Source: Pseudomonadota bacterium (GTDB lineage: Archaea; Thermoplasmatota; SW-10-69-26; JACQPN01; JAJPHT01). From it: DNA of 64,000 bases. The stretch is from positions 96,001-160,000 of the forward strand of contig JAJPHT010000046.1 in the NCBI GenBank assembly GCA_021325135.1, in the 5' to 3' direction. How positions within the stretch are numbered: the first letter of the stretch is position 1; the number at the start of each line of letters is the position of its first letter. The notes under the pieces are model-generated. The model made no database searches, was not told the DNA's origin, and worked only from the letters and a program-made list of their open reading frames with translations. This document shows positions 54,130 to 63,400 of this stretch, piece after piece. The position numbers were made by a program, and so were the translations under genes.

Positions 54130-55668
54130 TTACTCGACCTCGAACTTCACGCCCTGCGCCAGGGGCAGCTTCGTCGTGTAGTTCACGGTGTTGGTGCTGC
54201 GGCGCATGTACTGCTTCCAGGAGTCCGAGCCGCTCTCGCGCCCGCCGCCCGTCTCCTTCTCGCCGCCGAAGGCGCCGCCGATCTCGGCGCCCGAGGTGCC
54301 CAGGTTGACGTTGGCGATGCCGCAGTCCGAGCCCGCAGGGCCCAGGAACTCCTCGGCCTCCAGGAGGTTCGTGGTGAAGATGGCGCTGCTGAGGCCCTGC
54401 GGCACGCCGTTGTGGATGGCGATGGCGTTGGCCAGCGGGCCGTGATATCGCATGACGTACAGGATGGGCGCGAAGGTCTCCTGCTTCACGATGTCGGTCT
54501 GCGCGGGCATGGCGACGATGGCCGGCTCCACGTAGCGCGAGCCGAGGTCGTCGCGCCTCCTCCCGCCCACGAGCACCTGGCCGCCCTGCTTCTTCGCGGC
54601 CTCCAGCGCCTCCATCATCTCGGTGACGGCGCGCTCGTTGACCAGGGGGCCCACGAGCGTCTTCTCGTCCAGCGGGTGCCCGATGGGGAGCGTCTTGTAC
54701 GCGGCCACGAGCTTCCGGGTGAGCTTGTCCGCCACGTCCTCGTGGACGATGATGCGGCGCGTGGAGGTGCAGCGCTGCCCCGCCGTGCCCGCGGCGCCGA
54801 AGACGATGGCGCGCGTGGCCATGTCGAGGTCCGCGCTGGGCGTGACGACGATGCCGTTGTTGCCGCCAAGCTCCAGGATCGCGCGGCCGTAGCGCTGCGC
54901 GACGGTCTGCGCGAGGCGCTGGCCGATGCTGCACGAGCCGGTGAACGAGACGAGGGGGATGCGGGCGTCCTTGGCGATGCGGTCGCCCACGGTGCGGCCG
55001 GGCCCGACGGCCAGCGTGCAGACGCCCTCGAAGCCGTGCCGCGCGAGGACGCGGTTGGCGATCTTCGAGACCGCGATGGCGGTGAGGGGCGTCTCGCTGC
55101 TGGGCTTCCAGACCATGGTGTCGCCGCAGACCGCCGCGAGGAAGGCGTTCCACGACCAGACCGCGACGGGGAAGTTGAACGCGGTGACGATGCCCACGAC
55201 GCCCAGGGGGTGCCACTGCTCCATCATGCGGTGGCCGGGGCGCTCGCTCTGCATGGTGTTGCCGTAGAGCTGGCGCGAGAGGCCGACGGCGAAGTCGGCC
55301 ACGTCGATCATCTCCTGCACCTCGCCCTTGCCCTCGGTGAGGATCTTGCCCATCTCCAGGGAGACCAGGGCGCCCAGGTCGTCCTTGTGCCGGCGGAGCT
55401 CCTCGCCCATCTCGCGCACGATGAGGCCGCGCAGGGGCGCGGGCGTCACGCGCCAGCGCAGGAACGCCTCGTGGGCGCCCTTCATCACGCGCTCGTAGTC
55501 CGCCTCGCCGGCCTGCTGGACCTTCGCCAGGAGCCTGCCGTCGGCGGGGCTGAGGACGTCAAGAAGGTCGCCGGAGCCGAACCACGCCTTGCCGTCGGTG
55601 GCTCCGGGGTTCACGTCCGCGATCTCGAGGCGCCGCAGGAGCGCGGGCACGTCGTGGTGGCTCTGCAT
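54130..55668 (-). CDS. Aldehyde dehydrogenase, ALDH7/piperideine-6-carboxylate dehydrogenase-like
   Basis: GEVQEMID..DFAVGLSRQL, AFNFPVAVW.WN, SFTGS, LELGGNN, GTAGQRCT, GAEIGGAFGGEKETGGGRESGSD. Confidence 0.93.
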   Translation of the reverse strand: MQSHHDVPALLRRLEIADVNPGATDGKAWFGSGDLLDVLSPADGRLLAKVQQAGEADYERVMKGAHEAFLRWRVTPAPLRGLIVREMGEELRRHKDDLGALVSLEMGKILTEGKGEVQEMIDVADFAVGLSRQLYGNTMQSERPGHRMMEQWHPLGVVGIVTAFNFPVAVWSWNAFLAAVCGDTMVWKPSSETPLTAIAVSKIANRVLARHGFEGVCTLAVGPGRTVGDRIAKDARIPLVSFTGSCSIGQRLAQTVAQRYGRAILELGGNNGIVVTPSADLDMATRAIVFGAAGTAGQRCTSTRRIIVHEDVADKLTRKLVAAYKTLPIGHPLDEKTLVGPLVNERAVTEMMEALEAAKKQGGQVLVGGRRRDDLGSRYVEPAIVAMPAQTDIVKQETFAPILYVMRYHGPLANAIAIHNGVPQGLSSAIFTTNLLEAEEFLGPAGSDCGIANVNLGTSGAEIGGAFGGEKETGGGRESGSDSWKQYMRRSTNTVNYTTKLPLAQGVKFEVE

Positions 55669-55724
55669 GGGTGGCCCATGCCGGGTCCGCTCCTTCAAGG
55701 TAGCGGGGAGCCGCCCCGCGGGGC

Positions 55725-56213
55725 CTAGAGCCGGCCGACGAGCTGGAGGAAGCGGGGGTGGTCGCGCAGGTGGCCGAAGGCGGGGTCGTCCGCAGCCTCC
55801 TCCACCAGCGTCTTGTCCAGGGAGAACGCCTCGCCCAAGAGATCCATGGCCTCGCGGTGCGCGCCCTCCCGCGCGACGATGCGCGCGAGGTGCAGCGTCA
55901 CGTCGCCGCCCGCGTCGGGAAGCTGGAGCGCGTCCAGGAGCGACTCCGCCGCCTCGGCCTCGTCCCCAAGCTGGGCCAGGCACATGGCGCGCCCCAGGTG
56001 CGCGACGGGCAGGTCGGGCCGCAGGTGGAGCGCCTCGTCGAAGCACGCCAGCGCGAGGCGCACGTTCCCCGCGCGCAGCGCCTCGCGGGCGTGGGCGAGG
56101 CGCACGTGCGCGGCGTCCGCGGGCTCGCCCGGCTGCCGGGTCGCGGAGGGGGGCGGCGCAAGGGCCAAGGCAGCGGCGGGTCCGGCGCACCAGGAGGATG
56201 CGGTCAGTCGCAT
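55725..56213 (-). CDS. TPR-repeat protein
   Basis: A..CFDEAL.L.PD...AH..RA; A..DP.F..LR..PRF C-terminal cap; start uncertain. Confidence 0.7.
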   Translation of the reverse strand: MRLTASSWCAGPAAALALAPPPSATRQPGEPADAAHVRLAHAREALRAGNVRLALACFDEALHLRPDLPVAHLGRAMCLAQLGDEAEAAESLLDALQLPDAGGDVTLHLARIVAREGAHREAMDLLGEAFSLDKTLVEEAADDPAFGHLRDHPRFLQLVGRL

Positions 56214-56329
56214 GCGCCCGCCGTTGGCCTCCCGCCCGTAGAATGCAGGGGAGGGCACGAAGCGGACGTGGCGGAGGGTTCAAGCCCTCCATCGAAAGGC
56301 CCAAGAGCGGGGCCCCCCTCAGCCCGCCC

Positions 56330-57205
56330 GTGAGCCCGAAGCCCCGCGTGGTGCGCGCCGCCGCGATCCAGATGCGGATGCACGAGGACGTCGGCACGAA
56401 CGTGAAGCGCTGCGTCGAGATGGTCCACAAGGCCGCCGACCAGGGCGCGACGCTGGTCGTCACGCCGGAGCTCTTCGGGAGCCTCTACTTCTGCCAGCGC
56501 GAGGACGCCGCGTTCTTCGACCTCGCGGAGCCCATCCCGGGCCCCACGACGCGGACGCTCGCCGCGGCGGCCAAGGAGCGGGGAATCGCGCTCGTGGGCT
56601 CCCTCTTCGAGCGCCGCGCGCCGGGCCTCTTCCACAACACCAGCGTCGTCTTCGACAAGACGGGCGAGATGGTGGGCAAGTACCGCAAGATGCACATCCC
56701 GGACGACCCCAACTACTACGAGAAGTTCTACTTCACGCCCGGCGACCTGGGCTTCCAGGCCTTCGCCACCAGCGCCGCCAAGGTGGGCACGCTGGTCTGC
56801 TGGGACCAGTGGTACCCCGAGGGCGCGCGCCTCACCGCCATGAAGGGCGCCGAGGTGCTCACCTACCCCACGGCCATCGGCGCGCACGCCCGGGAGCCCG
56901 CCGGCATCCCCGAGCGGCAGCGCGACGCGTGGATGACCATCCAGCGCGCGCACGCCATCGCCAACGGCGTCTTCGTCGTCGTCGCCAACCGCGTGGGCCA
57001 GGAGGAGGAGATGCGCTTCTGGGGCAGCAGCTTCATCGCCGGCCCCCTGGGCGAGATCCTCGCGCAGGGCTCGCAGGACAAGGAGGAGGTCGTCGTCGCG
57101 GACCTGCCCATGGACGACGTCGACGTCGTGCGCGAGGGGTGGCCCTTCTTCCGCGACCGGCGCATCGACGCCTACGGGGAGATCACGCGGCGCTGGGGCG
57201 AGTGA
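56330..57205 (+). CDS. aguB: N-carbamoylputrescine amidase (nitrilase superfamily)
   Basis: ELF...YFCQ, YRKMHIPDDP.YYEKFYFTPGDLG, VCWDQWYPE, YPTAIG, FFRDRR. Confidence 0.88.
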   Translation: MSPKPRVVRAAAIQMRMHEDVGTNVKRCVEMVHKAADQGATLVVTPELFGSLYFCQREDAAFFDLAEPIPGPTTRTLAAAAKERGIALVGSLFERRAPGLFHNTSVVFDKTGEMVGKYRKMHIPDDPNYYEKFYFTPGDLGFQAFATSAAKVGTLVCWDQWYPEGARLTAMKGAEVLTYPTAIGAHAREPAGIPERQRDAWMTIQRAHAIANGVFVVVANRVGQEEEMRFWGSSFIAGPLGEILAQGSQDKEEVVVADLPMDDVDVVREGWPFFRDRRIDAYGEITRRWGE

Positions 57206-57772
57206 TCACCACACGCCCGGCACCAGGCGCTTGACCTCGCGCTTGTAGGACTCGAACTCGGCCCCGAACTGTTCCGAGAGAAGCTTCTCCTCGGCGCGGA
57301 TCTTCAGGACGAACGTGACGAGGAGGACGCCGACGGCCAGGAAGAGCGCCGCGTTCCCCTCGGCGAGCGCGCTGCCCAGCGCCATGGCCAGGATGCCCGC
57401 GTAGATGGGGTTCCTGACGATGGCGTAGGGGCCGGAGCGGATCAGCTGGTGCCCCTCCTTCAGGGTGACGCGCCCCGACCAGAAGCGCCCCAGGTGCACG
57501 CGCGCCCACACCGCCAGCGCGACCCCGCCGTAGAGGATCGCGAGGCCCAGCACGACGAGGGGCAGCGGCTCGGGGAACGCGGCGCTGCGCAGGGAGGGCC
57601 CCGCAAGCCCGCTGCGCCAGGCGAGGAGCCCCGCGGCGAGGGCGAGCGCGATGAGGACGCGGTCCCAGCCGGGCGCGCTCTTCACGGTCCGCGCGTTGCC
57701 GAAGGCGCCGGCCAGCCAGACGACCCAGAACGTGAGCCACGCGAGAAGGACGAGGATCTCGGGGATCGGCAC
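57206..57772 (-). CDS. Isoprenylcysteine carboxyl methyltransferase-family membrane protein
   Basis: WAR.HLG..WS..V.....H.L...GPY..VR.P.Y.G, EE..L...FG..F..Y...V.R..P. Confidence 0.85.
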   Translation of the reverse strand: MPIPEILVLLAWLTFWVVWLAGAFGNARTVKSAPGWDRVLIALALAAGLLAWRSGLAGPSLRSAAFPEPLPLVVLGLAILYGGVALAVWARVHLGRFWSGRVTLKEGHQLIRSGPYAIVRNPIYAGILAMALGSALAEGNAALFLAVGVLLVTFVLKIRAEEKLLSEQFGAEFESYKREVKRLVPGVW

Positions 57773-57865
57773 GCCGCGTCCAGGCGGCCCCAGCGCATCA
57801 ACGTTGGCGGGCCGCCGCGGCGCGGGCATACTGCTTTATGCCGCCAGCCCCAGTCCGCGCCCGCC

Positions 57866-58921
57866 TTGACCACCCCCGCGTCCCTGGGCTACCGCATGCC
57901 CGCCGAATGGGAGCCCCACGCCGCCACCTGGCTCTCCTGGCCCCACGACCCCGTCACGTTCCCCGGCCGCGTCGAGGCCGCCGAGGATTGCTATCGCCAG
58001 ATGATCCGCGCCCTGGCGCCCCACGAGCGGGTGAACCTCCTGGTCAAGGACGACGACGCCCACGAGCGCGTCGCGCGCTGGCTCGTCGCCGAGGGGATCA
58101 AGAACGTCGTCCTGTGGGACGTCCCGCCCGCGGACGTGTGGTTCCGCGACTACGGCCCCATCTTCGTGAAGCGCGAGACGGGCGGGGGCCGCGCGGAGGT
58201 GGCCATGACCAAGTGGCGCTTCAACGCGTGGGGCGACAAGTACGAGACGCTCCTCCCCGACAACGAGATCCCCCACCGCCTTCAGCCGCACCTGGGCCTC
58301 CCCATGTTCGAGGCGGGCATCGTCATGGAGGGCGGCTCGCTGGAGGTCAACGGCGCGGGCACGCTCCTCACCACCGAGCAGTGCCTTCTCAACCGCAACC
58401 GCAACCCCTCGCTCTCGAAGGCGCAGATCGAGCAGAAGCTCAAGGACTTCCTGGGCGTCACGAACGTCCTCTGGCTCAAGGAGGGCATCGAAGGGGACGA
58501 CACCGACGGGCACATCGACGACATCGCCCGCTTCGTTAACCCCACCACCGTCGTCATCGCGCAGGAGGAGGACGAGGACGACGAGAACTTCCGCCCCCTG
58601 CGGGAGAACCTGAAGCTCCTGCGCGCCATGAAGGACCAGGCGGGCCGTCCGCTGGACGTGGTGGAGCTTCCCATGCCCGGGTTCGTCGGCGACGAGGAGG
58701 GGCGCCTCCCCGCGAGCTACGCCAACTTCTACGTGGGCAACCGCGTCGTGCTGCTGCCCGTCTTCGGCGCGGTCCACGACGCGCGGGCGACCGCCGTGCT
58801 CCAGAAGCTCTTCCCCTCCCGCGCCGTCGTGCCCATCGACGCCAGCGACCTCGTCTTCGGCATGGGCACGTTCCACTGCGTGACGCAGCAGCAGCCCCTG
58901 GCGGTGGCCAGCGCGCCGTAG
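57866..58921 (+). CDS. aguA: Agmatine deiminase
   Basis: MPAEWEPH..TWL.WP, DVW.RDYGP, FNAWG.KY, EGGS, DDTDGHID, ASYANF, G.FHC.TQQ; TTG start (alternative ATG 57896). Confidence 0.92.
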   Translation: MTTPASLGYRMPAEWEPHAATWLSWPHDPVTFPGRVEAAEDCYRQMIRALAPHERVNLLVKDDDAHERVARWLVAEGIKNVVLWDVPPADVWFRDYGPIFVKRETGGGRAEVAMTKWRFNAWGDKYETLLPDNEIPHRLQPHLGLPMFEAGIVMEGGSLEVNGAGTLLTTEQCLLNRNRNPSLSKAQIEQKLKDFLGVTNVLWLKEGIEGDDTDGHIDDIARFVNPTTVVIAQEEDEDDENFRPLRENLKLLRAMKDQAGRPLDVVELPMPGFVGDEEGRLPASYANFYVGNRVVLLPVFGAVHDARATAVLQKLFPSRAVVPIDASDLVFGMGTFHCVTQQQPLAVASAP

Positions 58922-59195
58922 CCCACGGAACGATCGTGGCCTTCACACACGAGCGATGCCTCAGCGAGGGCCATGGAAGGCGATCGAGCACCATTCTTAT
59001 TTCTGCGACGACAAAATTACCGAAGATTTGATTTCTTCCTTCACACCAAGAAGCGGTTTCTTGAAAACGACGAAAGCAATTGTAAACCATCCAATATTTT
59101 TCACTCAAATTCTCTAGCACATTCATGCATCACATGCGAGTGTAACAGCCACGCCGGAGGGGCGGAATGACGCCCCCCTGCTAGAGCTGATATCG

Positions 59196-60068
59196 ATGAG
59201 AACATTCAGGATTGCCACGTTGATTGCTGGACTTGCGACGTTGAGCGCCTTTGCAGGCGCGGGGATCATCCCGGAGGCGTCGGCCACCTGCGGCGTGAAC
59301 AGCGCCTCGGGCGACTGCTCGAGCCTCTACGGCGTCTGCGTGATCAACTCGGGGACGTGCGGGCCTGGCTGCGTCAGCGTCTCGAACTCCGGACACTGCA
59401 ACCACATCTGCGTGGTGAACTCGGGCAAGTGCGCGAATCTCCGGTCGTCCTCGTGTTGGATCAGCCAGCCGGTGCACACCTATGGCTCGTCCATGGCTCT
59501 GGGCACGAACTCGAACACGCTCTCTGAGCAGACCTCGGGCGCCCCCACGGGCTCTGTCGAAGGTGGCGGAGCCGGATTCGTGACCGTCCAGGACAGCAAC
59601 GTCGCGGACTGCAACGGCGATGGGATCCCCGGCGACTATGACGGCGACTATGACATCGGCACGGGGGGCGGCTTCTTCGGCTCCTCCAGCGAGTGGGATA
59701 CGGCCGACAACTGCGGCTACGACCTCAGCGTCCACGCGTCCACTGGCACGGCGACCGACATCAGCAGCCTGCCCGTGGGCGGCGTCTTCGGCGTCGACGA
59801 TGTCGCGGGCCCCGTCGTCGTGACGGACCCCAACAGCGGCGCCACCGTCTCGTGCCAGGTCGACGGCTCGATCACCCCCGGCACGGACGCGAACGACTGC
59901 CTCAACGTCTGGGTCAACACCTGGAGCCCCGGCTCGGACCCCGTCTGCGCCATCGGCCACGGCGGCGATGACGGCTACTGGCTCATTCTCCAGAGCGGCG
60001 TCTCCGAGAACGGCGGCAGCGTCACCGCGGCCACGGCCACGACCGGCACCCTCGCGGCGGACTCCTAA
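59196..60068 (+). CDS. Secreted Cys-rich protein with N-terminal C-x-x-N-S-G-x-C repeats
   Basis: Signal peptide; CGVNSA, CVINSGTC, CVVNSGKC; DCNGDG...DYDGDYD..G.GGG.F acidic motif. Confidence 0.78.
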   Translation: MRTFRIATLIAGLATLSAFAGAGIIPEASATCGVNSASGDCSSLYGVCVINSGTCGPGCVSVSNSGHCNHICVVNSGKCANLRSSSCWISQPVHTYGSSMALGTNSNTLSEQTSGAPTGSVEGGGAGFVTVQDSNVADCNGDGIPGDYDGDYDIGTGGGFFGSSSEWDTADNCGYDLSVHASTGTATDISSLPVGGVFGVDDVAGPVVVTDPNSGATVSCQVDGSITPGTDANDCLNVWVNTWSPGSDPVCAIGHGGDDGYWLILQSGVSENGGSVTAATATTGTLAADS

Positions 60069-60286
60069 GCCTGCAAGTCGCCCATGACCCTGCTCCGCAG
60101 GCGAGGCCAAGTTCTTCTTTTGGACCGTTGGACCGACGCGCAAGGGCGTCATCGCCACGCGCGCCCTGAACCTCTCCATGCTGAGGCCCTAGTCGAATTC
60201 TTTTCTACCAAAAAGGACTTGTCTACTGTGGAGACTGCCGGCCGGGAGGCTTCCACAGAGGAGGCCCCATTCGGAGGTTTCGAGAC

Positions 60287-60739
60287 ATGAAGCAGTTCTT
60301 CGCGATCGCCCTCGTCGCCGCGTCGCTCTTCGCCGCGACCGGCCACGCCGACACGACCCAGCAGCAGTCCTACCTGGCGCCCGGCGGCGTCAACGGCTCC
60401 GGCCTCACGGCGACCATCGCGGGCAACGCCATCGGCGGCGTCGCCTTCGCGGCCAACGGCGAGGTCCCCACCCACGTCACCGTGAACGACGACTCCGGCG
60501 CCGCGGTCTGGATCAACGTCTGCCAGGACATCGACGGCTCCGCGACGTGCGACGCCGGCGAGCCCACCGCGACCGGCTGCGGCAGCGTCGACCTCGTCGG
60601 CTTCGTCTCCGACGTCGACGTCACCGTCTTCGTCTCCGCGACCAGCTCGTCCGCCCTCAACCTCGTCCTCGAGGGCGGCAACTGCGCGGGCCCCGCCACC
60701 AGCGGCGTCGTCGAGCTGACGACCGCCACCGCCGCGTAA
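60287..60739 (+). CDS. Secreted protein (150 aa)
   Basis: GGAGG site; signal peptide; CQD.DG...C...E....C and AT.G.V C-terminus. Confidence 0.78.
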   Translation: MKQFFAIALVAASLFAATGHADTTQQQSYLAPGGVNGSGLTATIAGNAIGGVAFAANGEVPTHVTVNDDSGAAVWINVCQDIDGSATCDAGEPTATGCGSVDLVGFVSDVDVTVFVSATSSSALNLVLEGGNCAGPATSGVVELTTATAA

Positions 60740-60752
60740 GCCGCGGAAGACC

Positions 60753-60785
60753 GGGCCCGCGCGGAGGCGGGCCCCCATCTTTTTT
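60753..60785 (+). terminator. Hairpin plus T-run between convergent genes
   Basis: GGGCCCGC...GCGGGCCC followed by TTTTTT. Confidence 0.55.
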
Positions 60786-60786
60786 C

Positions 60787-61191
60787 TCAGTACGTCCGGA
60801 GCCTCAGCCCGGGCACCCGGCCGAACTCGCGCGCCTTGCGCGTGACCAGCTCCTCGTCCCGCGCGAGCGCGACGCCGGCGATCATGGCGTCCTCGGGGTC
60901 CAGCGGCTCGCCGGCCGCCCACAGGCGCGCGTCGAGCCCCCCGGCCCGCGCGGCGGCCGCCGCATCCAGGGCCTGCACGACGCGCCCCTCCACGGCCTCC
61001 GCGACGCGCCGCTTCTCGGCCGCGGGGAGGTCCACGGTCTCCAGGCCGCGGTGGAACTCGAAGAGCGTGACGCTCGCGACGCGGACGGGCTCCCCCGCGG
61101 CCTCGAGCCGCTCCAGCATCTCGATGGCGCGCTCGCGGCCGCGCATGAGGTCCAGGAGGAACAGCGTGTCGGCGAGGACCACGGCGCTCAC
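60787..61191 (-). CDS. vapC: PIN-domain toxin VapC
   Basis: DT.FL.DL.RG, SVT..E...G, D.MIA..AL, LVT....F.RVPGL; GTG overlaps the antitoxin stop. Confidence 0.85.
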   Translation of the reverse strand: MSAVVLADTLFLLDLMRGRERAIEMLERLEAAGEPVRVASVTLFEFHRGLETVDLPAAEKRRVAEAVEGRVVQALDAAAAARAGGLDARLWAAGEPLDPEDAMIAGVALARDEELVTRKAREFGRVPGLRLRTY

Positions 61192-61415
61192 ACCCTCAGC
61201 TGCTTCGTGCGGCGCTTGCGGCTGCGCTCGCGGCCGGCCTCGATGCGGGCGGCCAATCGTTCGGCCTGCGCCTCGTCGAGCACGCCGACGATATCGTAGA
61301 GCGACCGCTCCCCGGCGAGGCGCCTGATCACGTCCGTGAAGCTCTCGCCTTCTCCCTTGAGGCTCGCCAGGAGGTGGTACGCCTCGTCGGTGACGTTCAG
61401 CGTGCGGCTTGGCAC
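61188..61415 (-). CDS. vapB: Archaeal VapB-family antitoxin
   Basis: TL.V.DEAY..L...K..GESF.DVI.RL, G.L...AE.L. Confidence 0.85.
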   Translation of the reverse strand: MPSRTLNVTDEAYHLLASLKGEGESFTDVIRRLAGERSLYDIVGVLDEAQAERLAARIEAGRERSRKRRTKQLRV

Positions 61416-61429
61416 TTCGTTTTCCCCTT

Positions 61430-61549
61430 TGGTCAAGGGTCCAAAGAACGCGATGAGCGCGAAGAGCGCCAAGGTCGCAAAGTTTCCTTTCTCGTCGTCG
61501 CGTCCTTTGCGCTCTTCGCGCTCGTCGCGTTCTTTGGACCCTTGACGAG
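61430..61549. repeat. Palindromic MITE/REP-like element, copy 2
   Basis: Perfect 22-bp arms GTCAAGGGTCCAAAGAACGCGA/TCGCGTTCTTTGGACCCTTGAC extended by imperfect 9-nt units. Confidence 0.85.
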
Positions 61550-61659
61550 AGGCAAATACACCTCTTCACACTATCAATGTGTTGCCACCAACACAGATGA
61601 GCCCCGGCGGCCGCAAGGCTCATCCCCCCGGCCGCAGCATGCCGCCGCAGGCGCTCCCC

Positions 61660-62772
61660 ATGACGAAGTCCGTCTCCAATTTCGAGGACTGGGTCGACCT
61701 CTTCCACCAGTGGCAGAAGGACATCGGCTACGACACGACGCTCCTGGGCGACTTCCAATTCGAATCGAAGTTCGCCGACGAGGACTCCCCCGTCATCGAG
61801 TTCGGCGACTACAAGGGCCGCCCCAAGTGGCAGACCTTCAACCAGATCCCCAACCAGCAGGTGAAGGACGCCCTCCTCTCCCTCATCGTCTACCAGGGCG
61901 ACACCGAGTTCGCCAGCGTCGAGCAGCAGCGCCACCTCGTCAGCACCGCGCCCAGCGACTACGACCTCAAGAGCCTCGTGCGCATCAACTCCGAGGAGAT
62001 GCGCCACGGCTGGCAGATGGCCACGCTCCTCGTCAACCACTTTGGCGAGACCGGCAAGGTCGAGGCCGCCAAGCTCCTGGAGCGCCGCAGCTGGGACAAC
62101 CAGCGCCTCCTGGGCAGCTTCAACGAGCCCGTGCGCCACTGGCTCGACTTCTTCGTCTTCACCGAGTTCGTCGACCGCGACGGCAAGTACCAGCTGAAGA
62201 TGCTCTCGCGCAGCGCCTTCTCGCCCCTCGCGCGCAGCATGGGCCCCATGCTCAAGGAGGAGGCCTTCCACCTGGGCACGGGCCACACGGGCCTGCGCCG
62301 CGTCGTGCAGGCCGGCAAGATCCCGACGCCGCTCCTCCAGAAGTACGTCAACCACTGGGTCCCCACCGCCTACGACCTCTTCGGCAAGGACGCCAGCAGC
62401 ACCGCGCACTGGGCCTACGTCTGGGGCATCAAGTGCCGCTTCAACGAGCTGGAGACCGAGGACGCGGTGGACAAGAAGACGCTCAACGACTACAACCGCA
62501 CGCTCTACTACAACGAGTGCGTCGAGCTCATGGACCAGCTCAACACCATCGTCCCCGCGAGCCAGCCCAAGCTCGTCGCGCCCTCGCTGAAGTTCAACCG
62601 CAAGATCGGCCAGTGGGAGGGGCAGAAGTTCACCGTCGAGGGCGAGGCCTTCCACGGCAGCGACGCCGCCTACGCGGACTACCTCAAGAGCGTGCTGCCC
62701 AGCGCCGAGGACGAGGCGCGCCTCGCGGAGATCTTCAAGACCCACGACTGGATCGCGCCCAAGGGGAAGTGA
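61660..62772 (+). CDS. BoxB/PaaA-like di-iron aryl-CoA epoxidase subunit
   Basis: QGDTE.ASVEQQ, EE.RH, F.DRDGK.QL, EEA.H ferritin-like di-iron ligands. Confidence 0.85.
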   Translation: MTKSVSNFEDWVDLFHQWQKDIGYDTTLLGDFQFESKFADEDSPVIEFGDYKGRPKWQTFNQIPNQQVKDALLSLIVYQGDTEFASVEQQRHLVSTAPSDYDLKSLVRINSEEMRHGWQMATLLVNHFGETGKVEAAKLLERRSWDNQRLLGSFNEPVRHWLDFFVFTEFVDRDGKYQLKMLSRSAFSPLARSMGPMLKEEAFHLGTGHTGLRRVVQAGKIPTPLLQKYVNHWVPTAYDLFGKDASSTAHWAYVWGIKCRFNELETEDAVDKKTLNDYNRTLYYNECVELMDQLNTIVPASQPKLVAPSLKFNRKIGQWEGQKFTVEGEAFHGSDAAYADYLKSVLPSAEDEARLAEIFKTHDWIAPKGK

Positions 62773-62776
62773 GCGC

Positions 62777-63397
62777 GTGACGATCGCCCACGTCACGGGC
62801 GGCGTCAGAGGCCTCGCTCCGAAACGCTATCTCGCGGAGCCCGCGTTCCTCGCGAACCTCAAGCCCCTCTTCTGGGCCAACCAGGCCCACGAGGCGGACG
62901 CCTACGAGGCGCTCATCTACGCGCTCCACCCCCCCGCGCACGCGGACTTCGCCAACCGCCTCCTCTCCTTCCGCCAGCAGGGCAACGTCGCCGCGCTGGG
63001 CAAGAAGGAGACCGAGGACCGGCTCGCGCGCGTCATGCGCACCATCCGTTACCCCGGGGTGGAGCCGCTGCTGGACCTCGCGGGCACGGAGGGGCTCACG
63101 CTCCCGCGCTTGACGACGATCCTGCACTTCCACCACCCCGCGTACCCCATCTACTCGCAGGACCTCGTGGACGGCCTCAACATGCTGGGCATCCCCTGCG
63201 TCTACCGCGAGGAGCTGACGGAGGAGTCGGTGGCGGACTACGCGGGCGTCATGGCCGCGCTGGACCGCCTGAAGACGGGCGTCACCTTCGAGAACGTGCC
63301 CGAGAGCAACTGCTATCTCACGCGCGTTGTCGAGGGCGCCCTCGTGCAGTACGCGCGCGAGTCCCGCGAGAGGCCGCAGGCGAACCTCGGGTTCTGA
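62777..63397 (+). CDS. Hypothetical protein with a weak HhH/DNA-glycosylase-like motif
   Basis: L...EGL.LP..T.ILHF..P.YPI.....L..LG; starts 4 nt after the upstream stop. Confidence 0.6.
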   Translation: MTIAHVTGGVRGLAPKRYLAEPAFLANLKPLFWANQAHEADAYEALIYALHPPAHADFANRLLSFRQQGNVAALGKKETEDRLARVMRTIRYPGVEPLLDLAGTEGLTLPRLTTILHFHHPAYPIYSQDLVDGLNMLGIPCVYREELTEESVADYAGVMAALDRLKTGVTFENVPESNCYLTRVVEGALVQYARESRERPQANLGF

Positions 63398-63400
63398 GGC

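Noticed and set aside
58973-59170. 65-aa ORF in the AT-rich stretch
   Set aside because: Atypical codon usage and no motifs; more likely intergenic
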